A stretch of 62,116 nt of DNA, counting the filler, from Asterionella formosa (Eukaryota), in NCBI GenBank assembly GCA_002256025.1. It is 5 parts of 5 records of this genome, joined end to end, with 100 filler letters (N's around TTAATTAATTAA, not from the genome) between each part and the next. Parts side by side here need not be neighbours in the genome. Positions count along the whole stretch, not along the records: positions 12,457 to 24,804 come from NKIB01007595.1; positions 24,905 to 37,243 come from NKIB01007606.1; 3 more parts are not named here. One strand, given 5' to 3'. Positions within the stretch are counted from its first letter, which is position 1; each line of letters opens with the position of its first letter. Positions 22,921-35,146 of this stretch are shown piece by piece. Below the pieces are notes generated by a model. The model was not told where the DNA came from, searched no databases, and worked only from the letters and a program-made list of their open reading frames with translations. Position numbers and translations under genes: made by a program.

Positions 22921-24122
22921 CGTAGTATGAAGATTCTTGTGTCTTATCACTTCTCGATCCTTGTGCTCCGCATTGCGCAACCAGCAGTAGATGTAGTGAG
23001 ACTATTTGGCAAAATCTCGACCACCCCAATCAACCTTGGGTCTAAGATCGCCTTCGTAAAGCAAAGTTTGATCAATGTACACGATACCCTCAATGCCCTG
23101 GTGTAGAAGGAATAAGACGTTTCGTTTGTTGAGTCGAAAATAGAAATACACAAACAAGGTTGAACCTAAAAGGTGCGAGCCATCATGATAATATTGATGC
23201 CAACTGGCTACTTCTGAACAATAGTTTTACTCCACCACTTTAGTTGGTCATAACGACGCTTAGGCAGACGTCCAAGAGTAGAAAGTGATTCACAATGATT
23301 ATCCGGGTGCCGATCATGGACTTCAATGATCGAGAAACAAGCGGGAAAAACAAAAATATTGAGGACGAGAGTGAAAAAACACGAAGGTTGAGGCTAGCCC
23401 GCAGCGGCTGACCACACTTCTCAAAGTCACATCAATTACGAACACGTGTAGAACTCAGGGGAAAAACCGACAGAAAACAGGCCGTGACAATATCGAAAAG
23501 TGAACATCCAAAGACATCTTTTCCTGGTTCTGGAATCGGACCAAAATGCATTCGGACGGTGGATCGTTGCTGTCTCGCATGCAACTATTCACCATACATA
23601 GTGAGAATGGTGCACGTTGAAGTTCCTCGAAGACAGCAAAACATGCTCGAAACAATGAAATAATTGCCTTCAACTTCCGGAGGGAAAGTCATTTGTTTTC
23701 ATGAAAGTGAGAAAGTTTTCTGACATCTGCTTACCCTTGCTATGAAATGCTAGCAGCACGGAGATGAATGAGCAGGGAGTTTGTCTACGGACGTGGAAGG
23801 CTTGGACGAATCATTGAATGAACAAAAATGCGCATGCGCCTTTGAAACGTGAATGCTAGTGTAGAATAATAGTACCGGTAATGTAAATTGAGGTTGCTTT
23901 GTTGTTAAAATTACAGGATCATGCTGCAAAAAAGGAAGAAGCACTAGACTACCCGGTACATACAAATGCTTGCTGTACATAAGCAGGGATTATTTTAGCA
24001 AGAGACAAAGGGATTTTACTGGGTGTGCAACTCGGATGAAGTTGAAAAAAATTGTGTAGCAAGCTAGAATGCACGTCCATAGGCATGTACATACCAGTGC
24101 GTATATTCTTTCTGTTAACGTA

Positions 24123-24804
24123 CTCCCTCCGTCCAATATAAGTTGCGCTGATTTGCCAGCACCACTACCGGTAGTGTCTTAACTGTTTGGATATGAAGGA
24201 TTATGTAGCCAACATACCATCTTTCTATGTGAGGGTCGGCTTACTCGAAAAAATACGCTTTTTATGAGTTACAAAGACATGAACATATACTCTGTTTTTG
24301 TTATAGAAAAATTAGCATCTAAATAATTTGATCGAAACTAATTTAACATATATTTATGCATAGGGTACATGTATATATCAAGCAATGTAGTAGGAACTTT
24401 TGCAATGTGAGATTTATTTGATCGCTTCAATTATTTCTTCATGATTGTATTTGAGGGGACGGCCAGCACAGAAATTGCGGGAAATTTATGCAAACACGTT
24501 AGTATCACCATAATATAATAGCATTCAAGCGGGCAGTTCCATATACATTGTATGGTTGTTTTATCTACTTTGAACCATCCTGCCAAAAATTTAATGGTAA
24601 AAAAAACGAGCCAAGCATCTATTTCGACCCCCTCCATCGGGTCCTTTTTGGAGGTTTTGTAACCATAATCCAACACAAGTTGACGCTCTTCTGGTGGTTT
24701 TAGATCCTTTCTCATATGCTTGTTGAGAAGAGGTGGTGGCAAGAAAAAAGGGGGGTCAGGGATCTGCATTTCGCTCGAGATGCACAAAAGTGGAAGTCGA
24801 AAAA
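24123..24804 (-). mobile_element. Degenerate Tc1/mariner element (Stowaway-type TIR), one end
   Basis: TA|CTCCCTCCGTCC terminus. Minus-strand HTH-like remnant FKVDKTTIQCIW. Shares gtgagggtc(g)..ttactcgaaa with the copy at 36533. Confidence 0.7.
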
Positions 24805-24950
24805 NNNNNNNNNNNNNNNNNNNNNNNNNNNNNNNNNNNNNNNNNNNNTTAATTAATTAANNNNNNNNNNNNNNNNNNNNNNNNNNNNNNNNNNNNNNNN
24901 NNNNAATTATTAATTATTCAGATAATGAGTACGGTATCAGTGTCTGAAAT

Positions 24951-25723
24951 ATGTTGACTCGACGATGGTTCCTTTTAAATGCCAGCCGTTTGGTTCGCCG
25001 ACACCTGCCAGTAGTGCATTGCCACTATACTAATACGCCATCCAGTCGACCAATGTCGCTGCCAAGATCGTTTAGTAATAATATCGCCGATAATGAGCGA
25101 GAAAACAAAAAAAAGGCAATTTTCCCTGAAGAATTCCAACAAGAACTAGTTGACGAACAATTAGACGACGAAGAACTTGAAGAACTCGACGAAGATGTAC
25201 AACTAGAAGAAGAAGAAGAAAACGAACGCGTGAACAAAAACATGGAACACGATGAACGGGTGGGAAAGAAAGAGATACGCATGCCCGACATTGGTAATTC
25301 TCATGGTTAGTGTAACTTATTGTTTGTCGAACTGTTGCTTATCTACCTAATTCACACTTACATCATTCGTACAATCTTTGATTCGACTCTATTCGCTTAG
25401 CCGGAACGATTTTAAAATGGCACAAGAAAGAAGGCGATATAATTCGATATGGAGATGACCTTTGTGATGTCAAAACCATCGTACGTTATATTTCTTTTGA
25501 GCAACAATTATCATTTACCAACTTCCTAGAATGAGGCTAATGAACACATTTTGGATTATGAATTTCTCACCTTCTTGATCCGTTTTCACAGGACTTTGCT
25601 TTTCTCATGACATCAGAGGATGAGCATGAAAAAGTAATGGGGAAGATCATGTTCCAAGAAGGTGAAAAGGTTGTGGATGGAGCTGTCATTTGCGAGACAT
25701 GGCCTTGTCCTGATAATGAATGA
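24951..25723 (+). CDS. Mitochondrial-type presequence + acidic tract + single lipoyl/biotinyl-like domain (3 exons, ~188 aa)
   Basis: Exons 24951-25305, 25401-25480 and 25592-25723 splice in frame to KEIRMPDIGNSHAGTILKWHKKEGDIIRYGDDLCDVKTIDFAFLMTSE..GKIMFQEGEKV..GAVIC. Confidence 0.82.
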
Positions 25724-25789
25724 CAGATCATCCTGTTCAAGCATGAAATAAAACTATGCGTTGATAGCTGTTACGTTTTTCTTTTTCAC

Positions 25790-27787
25790 TCAGTTTCAAT
25801 GGAGCAAGGATGGGTGATGACTGATGGGGTAGTATGAAACATTTTGGACTACTTTACTCTTTTGTTCCTGATCAGGGAAATCTTTCTGTTAAATATCTTA
25901 TATTAGTCATTGATAAAGCCACAAAGGCCATGGTGTGATAATATTGCTTTATTCACATATGATACATAGCCAGGGGCATGAGTGCACAAACAAATAGGTT
26001 AGATGGAGATATTTGGATTCATTGGTACATCCACAAGGCAAAATCGATATTATCTTCCAAAGATTTATATTGCTACTGAGAGAATGGCATAACTAAGAAA
26101 GCATCCCATTAACACTGTTCCATGCAAATGTAGATGAACCATTGGGATAAAGAAAATTCAGGCAGAGTTTCTACCAATGCAGGGTTCCTGTCAGGGCACA
26201 CAAACATTTCAGCAACACATGGCGAATTTGACAGTGTTTGAAAGTAGGATTGTTGACAATTTCAATATGACCTTAATGGGGGAAAATGCTTTCATTGAAA
26301 CCTACAGCTGGGTCTTTTATGCCAACTTGCAACCAATGCATCCATGGAATCTGATTCTCACTGTTTGTTGGTTGGTGTGTCCAAGCAGCGAACTGGTGAC
26401 TGCACCAGGATAGCACCTATCATTGCCACAGGATTGGGGCCAGTGGATGGAGATCCTCGTCTGAATAGCTCAACATGAGCGGAGCTATTTGGGATTGCCT
26501 CAGCTCTCCAGTTTCTTCAAGAATTTTTAAAATCCCACAACATTGACACTGAGTCCAAACTGATCATCTGGAGTGATAGCATGGCAGCAATCGCAAGATT
26601 GGGTTACTTATTGTTGTAGACACTCCACCTTCACCTGCTTAGTTTTTACATCTGATGGGTGAAATCGCGCAAGGATACCAACTTTGGTCAGTCACGACTA
26701 TCAATTGCGGCAGCTCTGAATGTAGAAGCTGACAAGCTGGCTTCGGAATTTCTGAAACAGTGCAAAAATATATCAACAGGCGGGCTGGGTCACAAGGAAC
26801 ATTTGAGCACTTTCCGTGGATGCAGGTGATTCATAATGGAGACTTGTCATGCCCTCATTGCTCCTTGAAAGAGACAAATGAGCACTTGGTTCTTTGCAAA
26901 CAACACAACAAAACGGAATACACCAGAAAAATGTTTCTAATACCATGCGCTCTAAAATGAGTAAATCTAAAGTAGAGCATAATATCTCTCTCATTTGGCT
27001 GGACTATCTGTCCCATATCATTAATGACTTGGGTCAACCCTCTACTCTATGCTTTCCCCCCTTCAATACAGAAAGGACTAAATCTATTCTCAGGAAGGTC
27101 ATCAGTCAATTTAACATTGCAAGGGTACCTAAACAAACACTGGGGCAATGCTGTTTGCAGCTCCAAGGATGACCCTTCCCCTACTCCAGAAGAATGTCGG
27201 CAATGGTCTAAACTGGCTACCAACCAAATATGGTCTCTTGTAACACAACCATGGGATGAAAGAAACAGGAGTTTTCACAAGGAAAAAAATTGCTATCACA
27301 CATTCCAAATTAAATGCCAAAATAATCAAAGGGTATGCCCAAAGGGGGGAAACATGCATCCCCAACTTGCTTTGCACCAGATATAAAAATGCTGACTTCA
27401 AGGCTGAACAAGGAGAAAAGATTCTTAGAGAGGGTAGCCTACACTTCATACCAATCTTACAAGTTCAAAAAATGGGTCAAAGATAATTACATGATTCCTT
27501 GTTGCACTGTCATAGTATCTAGTATGATGCAAATTTATTTTCAGAAGAGCGCTCATTGATGTCTCAGGAAGACGCGAGCCAGTCAACAGCGCACTTACCT
27601 GTGTTGGCAGTCCAGCCATATAAGATTTAGTGCATACATAGCTAGAGAGAAGGAGAGTGGGGAGAGGGAGTGGGGTCAGGAGGCCATCTACTTGGGAATT
27701 TTCCTTGACCAACAGTGAAATTTTGGGATAGGGGACATCAACCTAGCCTTGATGGCCTCATGTAAATAAAAGGCAGTCAATCAACCA
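25790..27787 (+). mobile_element. Decayed non-LTR retrotransposon (LINE) 3' part with RNase H remnant
   Basis: Fragmented motifs AELFG, IWSDSMAAI, LNVEADKLA, CPHC..ETNEHLVLC, WDERN. 3' end ccttgatggcctcatgtaaataaaaggcagtcaatcaa. Many stops and frameshifts. Confidence 0.7.
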
Positions 27788-27935
27788 GGGATACTGGCCA
27801 GGATTACCTGCACCACATGGAAAAGATCCCATTGTGGAAGCAGTCATGCATTGATGGAATATCAATGGGCAGTTGAGTGGGGAACTATGCGCTCACTGTG
27901 ATAGAACTCGGTAATTGAAGATGATTGTCGATGGT

Positions 27936-28142
27936 GAGTGGATTTTGATGCTTGCAAATACACTTGGACTCTGGAGGACAAGGACAGAGGTTACCAATGC
28001 GTTAGATTTTAATGCTTGCAAATGCACTAAATACTTGCAGAGTAGGAAGGCTAGGACAGAGGTGACCAATACAGTGGATTTTGATACTTGCAAAAACACA
28101 AGTACTTGCAGCGTGGGAGGACAAGTACAGAGGAGACCAATA
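27936..28142. repeat. Three diverged ~70-bp tandem units
   Basis: Recurrent gatttt(g/a)at(g/a)cttgcaaa..cac and acagagg..accaat. Confidence 0.7.
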
Positions 28143-28327
28143 AAATAGTAAATGACGTGGCATCATCTGAAATGGTAAGGTGGGACGAGAATTGTCCTGG
28201 AGTACCGTAGTAGTGCAAAGGATAATCCATAGACTAACTACTAAGGTAACATCAATGTGATAGCGTTGTGAACCAGGCAAGTTCATCAGTTTGAAAATTC
28301 TCAGAATTGGTATTTCATCTAGAGCCT

Positions 28328-30319
28328 TCAACCCCTTGTAATTAAATGCGGAGCCGCTTTTTCCAACCCCCGCAGTACTTGGGGGTCATGGTGCATCCCA
28401 AGATCTTTACAAATTGCATAAGCAATTTCAATATCCTCTTTCTTGGCTGACTTGGGTGCCGACAGAAAGAAAAAAGAAAATGTATGTGGCGTAGGTTTCA
28501 CTTCCTTGATGATGCGTTGCAACATGTTAGTTGCAATGTGAAAAGCCCTCTCTCGGGTCTCCGTCTTGTAGGGCTTTCGATTGGAAAACGCACAGGCTGC
28601 CATAACTTCATTCATGGTTCGAACTGTGGGTTCAATTGACGAGGCTTCCATTTCTGTATGCAAGTTCCATGCTTCTTGCGCCTTGTGTTTCGAACTCGAA
28701 GATGAGATACATTTAAGTAGGGTACAGTATGTAATCATATTGACACCAATTGATTCCTTCATCTGGCGAAAGAGAGAGAAAGCCTTTTTTGTGGAATAGC
28801 GGTGCTTACTCATGGCCCATGCATTAATTACAGTATTGTACGTCCATTGATCAGGTTTACATGAAACATCTGCTGATCTTTGCATTTCCTTAAGTAGATT
28901 TTCTGCCTTATCTGGGGCACCAACTTGGCGACTGTTGGCCCATGCAGATATCACTGCATTGTAGCTTGTAGCATTTGGCTGGCATTCGCTGGATACTTTC
29001 ATCATTTCGAGGTATGATTCTGCTTTTTCTGCTGCTCCTTCGAGTCGAATGTTGGCCCAGACACTAATCAACGCATTCAATGTAACAGTATTCGGCTTGA
29101 TCGCAATATCCGTCTGTAACTCCAGCATCCTTTGAAATAACTCTTCGGCATGCATGACTGCATTTGGATCTTGGCTCTTGGCCCATCCTGATATAACTAT
29201 ACTAAACGAAAAATTGTCCGGTGTGGCCAATGCCTTCCAAAATTTGGATTCATCGCAGAACTTCTTGAGCATTGCATCTGCTTCTTCCACTCTATTGTTA
29301 ACCACCAATGCTTGAAACATGGTATTATAAACATTTGTATCAGGATACACGTTTTCTTTGCCTGACTTTACTTTGTCTTGTAGTCTCGCCAACAGTGCCT
29401 TAGCTCGGTCCACGGCCTCGGTTCGACCACTTTTAGTCCACGCGGTTATGACCGTACTATATGATATTTTGTCAGGAAATAGATGTAGGGATTCCATTTC
29501 CGTTAAGAGAGCTTCAGCATGCTCAGGAGCGTCCCGGGATTGACTCTTGGCCCATGCATCCATGACAGCATTGTATGTCACTGTCGAGGGAAGGCAAGCC
29601 AGTCTATCAGCTGCTCGAATTTCCTGCATGCTTCGCAATACTCGCTCTGCGAACGCAGGTGATTCTCCCTGCCTTACAGCTCCACTTATGAGCAAATTGT
29701 AGGAGATATTGTCAGGATATAGCTTTGGGAGTTGAATTCTATATTTGGCTAATTTGCAAACGACGTCCTGTGCAGTGATCCCCATTGGGAGGTGGCTCCA
29801 ACTCCCCAGAACATGCCTCAATTGATCCTTCGTCAAAATCTGACCTGCTTCATTGCTTCGAGTGCCTTCCTCTTCGGCTAGTCTATCAAAAAGTTTCCAA
29901 GCCATCTCTGTGTCATGATCTGATAGCGTCCAGCTATCCAGGATACTTAGCGCCAGCTCCCAATCGGTGGGACTGAATGATCCCAAATCGGACCGAAGGA
30001 GATCATTCGTTTCTTGCAACAGTTTTTCTTTCTCGGGCCCTCCTGCGGAATATAACTGTCTTCGAGATTCTCCTATGGATTCCGTTGTGCGAGCGAAATT
30101 CAGATCGTCCTGATTGCTGCTGCTGCTGCTGGTGTCCTTGCCAGCAGATTTTACGTTAGCACTAGAATGCGCATCCGATGTACCGCTAATTCCTTGTGTA
30201 CTATTCGTAACATCACTATGTATACCGCATCGATGGCCAATCCGAAGCAATGCGAGTGAAGGTTTGATAGATGAGGCCTTCCGAGAAAGGGTTGAGGTTG
30301 CTAGGCGCAACATAGTCAT
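28328..30319 (-). CDS. Pentatricopeptide repeat (PPR) protein, probably mitochondrial
   Basis: Repeated P[DS]xxxYNxVIxAWAKS-type units. Arg/Ser-rich N-terminus. ATG at 30319. Confidence 0.92.
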   Translation of the reverse strand: MTMLRLATSTLSRKASSIKPSLALLRIGHRCGIHSDVTNSTQGISGTSDAHSSANVKSAGKDTSSSSSNQDDLNFARTTESIGESRRQLYSAGGPEKEKLLQETNDLLRSDLGSFSPTDWELALSILDSWTLSDHDTEMAWKLFDRLAEEEGTRSNEAGQILTKDQLRHVLGSWSHLPMGITAQDVVCKLAKYRIQLPKLYPDNISYNLLISGAVRQGESPAFAERVLRSMQEIRAADRLACLPSTVTYNAVMDAWAKSQSRDAPEHAEALLTEMESLHLFPDKISYSTVITAWTKSGRTEAVDRAKALLARLQDKVKSGKENVYPDTNVYNTMFQALVVNNRVEEADAMLKKFCDESKFWKALATPDNFSFSIVISGWAKSQDPNAVMHAEELFQRMLELQTDIAIKPNTVTLNALISVWANIRLEGAAEKAESYLEMMKVSSECQPNATSYNAVISAWANSRQVGAPDKAENLLKEMQRSADVSCKPDQWTYNTVINAWAMSKHRYSTKKAFSLFRQMKESIGVNMITYCTLLKCISSSSSKHKAQEAWNLHTEMEASSIEPTVRTMNEVMAACAFSNRKPYKTETRERAFHIATNMLQRIIKEVKPTPHTFSFFFLSAPKSAKKEDIEIAYAICKDLGMHHDPQVLRGLEKAAPHLITRG

Positions 30320-30618
30320 TGTAAGGTCCTCCAATTGATTTGATAATTTCCATTCTTAAAGAAAAAAGATATTCAATTCCATAAAAAAGTGTGGGGGGCG
30401 GCGGATGAGCCATCGTTCATAATCTAATCATATTACCGGTATACAATATTCCGCGGGTATACACAATCATCAGCCACACAGAAGCCCCTGAGAAGTACCC
30501 TTTTTGTAGGATTTCGAGTATTTTCCGGGCTTTTTCTCTGTGGTAGAAATAAAAATTGGGATATTTGCCAAATTTGAACTTTTGATATCATTTTGGCAAA
30601 AATGGCAGGATATGCATA

Positions 30619-30998
30619 TGTTGAAAGGTCTCGTACTCCTTCCCGTCTGACGGAATCCTCTTCCGTAGGACTTACCTGTTATACCACTAGCATTGTTATC
30701 TTCTTTCTGCTGCTAGCCTTCGTGCTAGTTTTCGCTTTTGACCTTACTCTGTCAATTCTCACTGTTTCTTAATTAAAAGCTTAAACTAAAAACTAAGTTT
30801 CAATCCCATTCATCACACTTCGAGAACATGTTCTTCGTGTTCCCTTTTCGTTGATGTAAACCTTCTTCTGATTGATCTAAGACATCAATCTCGTTAGCAA
30901 GCTTCTTGACATGGGAACGCACCATTTGACTCATTGGACTATAGTCGAGTCCACAGTCCTTGTGACTCATTATAGCCATTGATGCTATATTCTTGACA
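30619..30998 (-). mobile_element. Solo Copia LTR (380 bp) with 6-bp target-site duplication TGCATA
   Basis: TG..CA termini. TGCATA at 30613-30618 and 30999-31004. Homologous to the LTR at 8473-8881. Confidence 0.82.
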
Positions 30999-31477
30999 TG
31001 CATATACCGGTAGCCTTGTTAAGGTTCCTGTATTTGAACCCCCCCTAGCTCGAGGTAGTACATAGGCTTAAAAAGAATTGAGTCAGATTAGTCAAACACT
31101 AAAAATAAATGTTTATCACTAAACATAGCTTTCATGAATACACACCCTTTCCATATGCTCATTGATAAAGGTCAATGCTATTTTTCATCAGGATAAAGGA
31201 TCTGGCGAGAAAGTGCAGAAAAGAATTTCGGTTTTCTAAATATGCTGAAAATAGTGGATTTTACCAGCAAGTTGTGGTCATTTTGCTGAAATAGACAACA
31301 TGACGCAAGACAGGCACTCAAAACAACTAAATAGAGAACGCCATCACCTCTCTCTTTGAATCGGCAGTATCACGACTATTTGGTGACATAAATAATTAAT
31401 TTTTCTAATCACGGAAACGTCAAAACGAGGCAAATGGCTGAAAAAAGAAAATGACAATCATGACTGGGGCAATAGAG

Positions 31478-31570
31478 CAGGGGTGGCCCAAGGCGAAAAG
31501 TAAGCAAAAGTTAGCGATAGTTAGCAAAGTAAGCAAAAGTAAGCAAATCCTGCTTACATTGCTTTATTTT
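31478..31570 (+). mobile_element. hAT-like transposon terminus with subterminal repeats
   Basis: CAGGGGTGGCCCAA followed by several aaagt(a/t)agc units. The partner end was not identified. Confidence 0.4.
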
Positions 31571-32419
31571 TCTCTCCGAACTCAAAGTCGCTCTCCTTTT
31601 CCGGCCGAAGTGATGAAAACAGCCAATGATGAACGGTTCTATATCAATTAGTAGGATTTAAAAAATTTTCATGCTAGCTAGTTTCATCATACCTAACAAC
31701 TAGTAGTGGTACTAGGGACCTGATATAATCATGCCAACATTGAGCTATCATCATCCAAAAATTCGACAATATCGGCCTTTTCACTAATTGCCAAAACATC
31801 ATCATTGGAATAGGAATCTTGTGGATCATTTTTTCCTAAAATCTCCTATACAAGAAATTCCATTGTACGTGCCCGCATCACTATAAATATTTTGATTGGT
31901 TACATTCAATTACTTACCGACATTTGATTGGCCCAATTTGCGCGGCCTTGAAATCTCATGCTGGCCACCACACTGGATAAACATGTAATATTTTCTTTGG
32001 TGTTTGCCTGTACAATATCCACATATGGTACGTCAAGAGCACATGCCACCAGGATGATCGATTGTGGGGTTCACAAAAACTAAATGATGCTTTGCTTTGT
32101 TCCCTAGCGATTCAACAGCTCATTTTGCATTCGATAAAACAAAATTGGAAAGTGCTCTCGTTGGATCAAGCAATGCTCAACTGTTAGAACATAAGTGACA
32201 CATGGATGAGCTGATGGAGAGGCTTGGAGAAGTTGATACTCATTATGTACAAGATTGTATTGGCGGATATGCAATCCCATCTGCTGAATCTTTAATTTCA
32301 AAATTGGTTGCTGAATATATTGAAGAAGGCGGGAATGAGGAGGATGATAGTGCCTTGGATAATGGTGGTATCATGGCAGCAGTAAACTTGTAATCAAACA
32401 ATTTTTTTTGAAATTTATA

Positions 32420-33090
32420 CAGTGGAACCTCCCTATAAGAAACACCCTGTTTGCTCCTGCAAGTATGGTCTTTTTGATCCTATGGAGAGGTGTATCTTAA
32501 ACGGAGGTTCCGCAACAAGTTTACGCTGTTTTATACGTACTACAGTACCAGGGTACACAATATGTACAATATGAATAAAAGAAGGCAGGAAGGTAGAAAC
32601 AACTAAATTTCATTGGAGGCTGAAAAAGTCTAGAATGAGACCTTATCTGAACAGAGTCGATTATTTCAAGCAATGGAAGCTCCTGCTCAAATAATTCGTT
32701 TTCTGTTACATATATCAGTGCTGTTTTTAAACCAAACAAAGCATCTCATGAGGTTATAGGAATCTTATTGGACACATCACTGAGTGCTGCCATGATAACA
32801 CCTTTATCTCCATCAGCTCCTCCATTTCATTTTCAGTTTCCTCTGGCACTAAGGATACACATTCTTCATCACATGTTTTATCAAACCCACATGCTTTGAA
32901 GCATTTTTGAATAATTGCAAAACGTTTTGCTTACGGGAGAAGGCTTTCATACTTCTAATGATTCCAGCATCTAACTTGTCAAGTTTTGGAGGAAAGAATT
33001 GAATCATTACATGAGTTATCCTTGAGCTTGTTTCTCCATCAACAATGTCGACAGGGGAGTTATCAAAGAATAAAAGAATCTACCTGTTCC
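32420..33090 (-). mobile_element. pogo/Tigger-like transposon remnant
   Basis: TA|CAGTGGAACCTC terminus, with an inverted copy at ~32500-32512. Minus-strand DDE_1-like fragments LLFFDNS, FFPP..LDAGIIRSMK, IIQKCFKACGF. Confidence 0.6.
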
Positions 33091-33570
33091 AAGAAGCACA
33101 AGTACTGCGGGGGTTGGAAAAAGTGACCCCGCATTTGATTGCTAAGGCTAGAAGGAGCTAGATAAAATAGATATTTGTAAAGCTTTGAAAATGTGATCTG
33201 ACGGATGAGGACGTGATTATGAGGACACCTCGTCTATTTTTTCACTCCTCAAATGAATGCTCCAGGTTCATCCTAAAAATTAGTCAGTTTCCTTCTTTAT
33301 TCATCCCGTTACTTTACATTTCCATTGCCTTGCATCATGCAACAAAGATTACAGAGGATCACATACAGCTCTTGGAAGTATTTAGCTGCAATTGGTGCAA
33401 CATGAATGTACTAGGAAAGTACCAGTCAAAGTCATCATACACCCACATTTACCAGAGGAAATCGAAGTTTTAGCAATCTAATAAAATAAAGAACAATAAT
33501 GTTCTATAATTGCACTGATAAAATCCTTTTATTTATTTATAACTTGAACTTGCAACAACAATCTTTGTTC

Positions 33571-34929
33571 TTAATTGCTTCGATGGCTCGGTTGTTGTTG
33601 TTGTTTCTGTTGTTGATGCCGTTGCTGCAGCTGCTGAATAAAATGCTGAACTCGTAGTCCGGTCAGCGCGGCCATGGTATCACTAGAGCCATAATTTCTT
33701 GGATTTGCTCTAGCAGCTTGAAGGGCTTGTAACAGATCAATTGGATTTGAAGATGTTCCATTTAAGTTGGGAATCCCAAGTGGTCTCTGACGACATTGCT
33801 GTTGGTGATGTGATGGTGGTTGCATGGCGTCTGATTGATTGGATTGTAGCAAAACCTTGACAGCCGCAGAGACTGTTGAATCTTTTGTCAGATCGGAAAC
33901 TACAGTCTGTACTCCTGGTGGTACGGTTCTGGTTGTTTGTGACTGCTGCAATTGTGGTTGTAGATGGCATGGTATTGCCATATTATGTTGCTGTTGCTGT
34001 TACTGTGTCCTTCTTTGATTTTCCATATGTCCCACACGACTAGCCTTTGACTTGGATGAAAACAAACTAGGATCAATAGGACGCTTCTTCAACGGCATAG
34101 ACCTAGGATAATCCATTTCTCGTGTCATTGGTTTCTTTCGCTTTGTACACTTCATTTGTATCATACCTGATAGATCAGCTCTTACAAAGTTCTTTTGAGT
34201 TCAGGAAAGATAATAAAAATGAATATTAGATAGTACGTGATGGTGTTTTGCATCATGTGACCATGACATACAGGTGAAAACAATCGAAATCATACTGCAT
34301 CTATTGAATTGCTCTTCTTACCTCATGAATCCATGCCCCTTCTTCTGGTCCATCTTGAACGCGTTGAAATTTCCATCGGCTTAGCTTTCGAGTAAATGAT
34401 GCAAACTTGGTAGATTTGCCCAAATAATTGGGCAAAATGTCTGTGACAAACAGCTGTCGATCCAAAATCATGAATGATTTGCCATGTGGTAACCATGCAA
34501 TGGACCTTTGATTCCTAGGCGTGGATAGTATCTCTGCAAGCTGTGTAGATAAAAGTATATGTAGTATGCATGTGTGTAGATGGGAAGAAAAATTGCAGAG
34601 CTCGGTATGTAAGGGTATGATCCAAAGGAAGTGAATAAATAAAATCATACGGACAACAACAAACCAATACATACAATTTCAGGAAAAGTTTTGTTGTTGA
34701 ATGCAATCGATGGATCGTTGCCAACGTTTGCAACATTCTCCACCGATTGATCCGCACCATTATCATAGTGAGAAATGAGTCCTCTGTTATCCCGATTTGT
34801 AAAGGAATCATTATTATTCGAGTCAGAAAACACATTATTGTTTCTTTCCATATTAGCACCATGCTCCTTATTCTCATCATGATCTCGTTGTAGCAGTTTA
34901 TTCTGGTTGATGAGCTTTTGTGTGTTCAT
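33571..34929 (-). CDS. Heat shock factor (HSF DNA-binding domain) gene, 3 exons, with an in-frame TAA at 34002-34000
   Basis: Exons 34929-34675, 34540-34322 and 34191-33571 give FPEI|LAEIL..IAWLPHGKSF..KFASFTRKLSRWKFQR..HE|NFVR, then MPLKKR and a Q-rich tail. Confidence 0.82.
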
Positions 34930-35146
34930 GATTGTGACGGCTTTTCGAGTTGTGCACTCGGTTTAGCAGAATGGTTACACAGTGTCGATTTACTGAAATA
35001 AGGAAATATTGTGTTTGTGTATTGATGTGCCCAAGATCTGACTATACCTGGTACGGAGTTTATTTTATGGTATATCATGTAGCTTCGGTATCCCAGCCTC
35101 ATTGTGGTCGCAATGATGTGGAATGTACGTTTGTAACAATCAGTTC

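Noticed and set aside
25025..25291. Ser-rich minus-strand ORF
   Set aside because: Antisense shadow of the Glu/Asp-rich exon.
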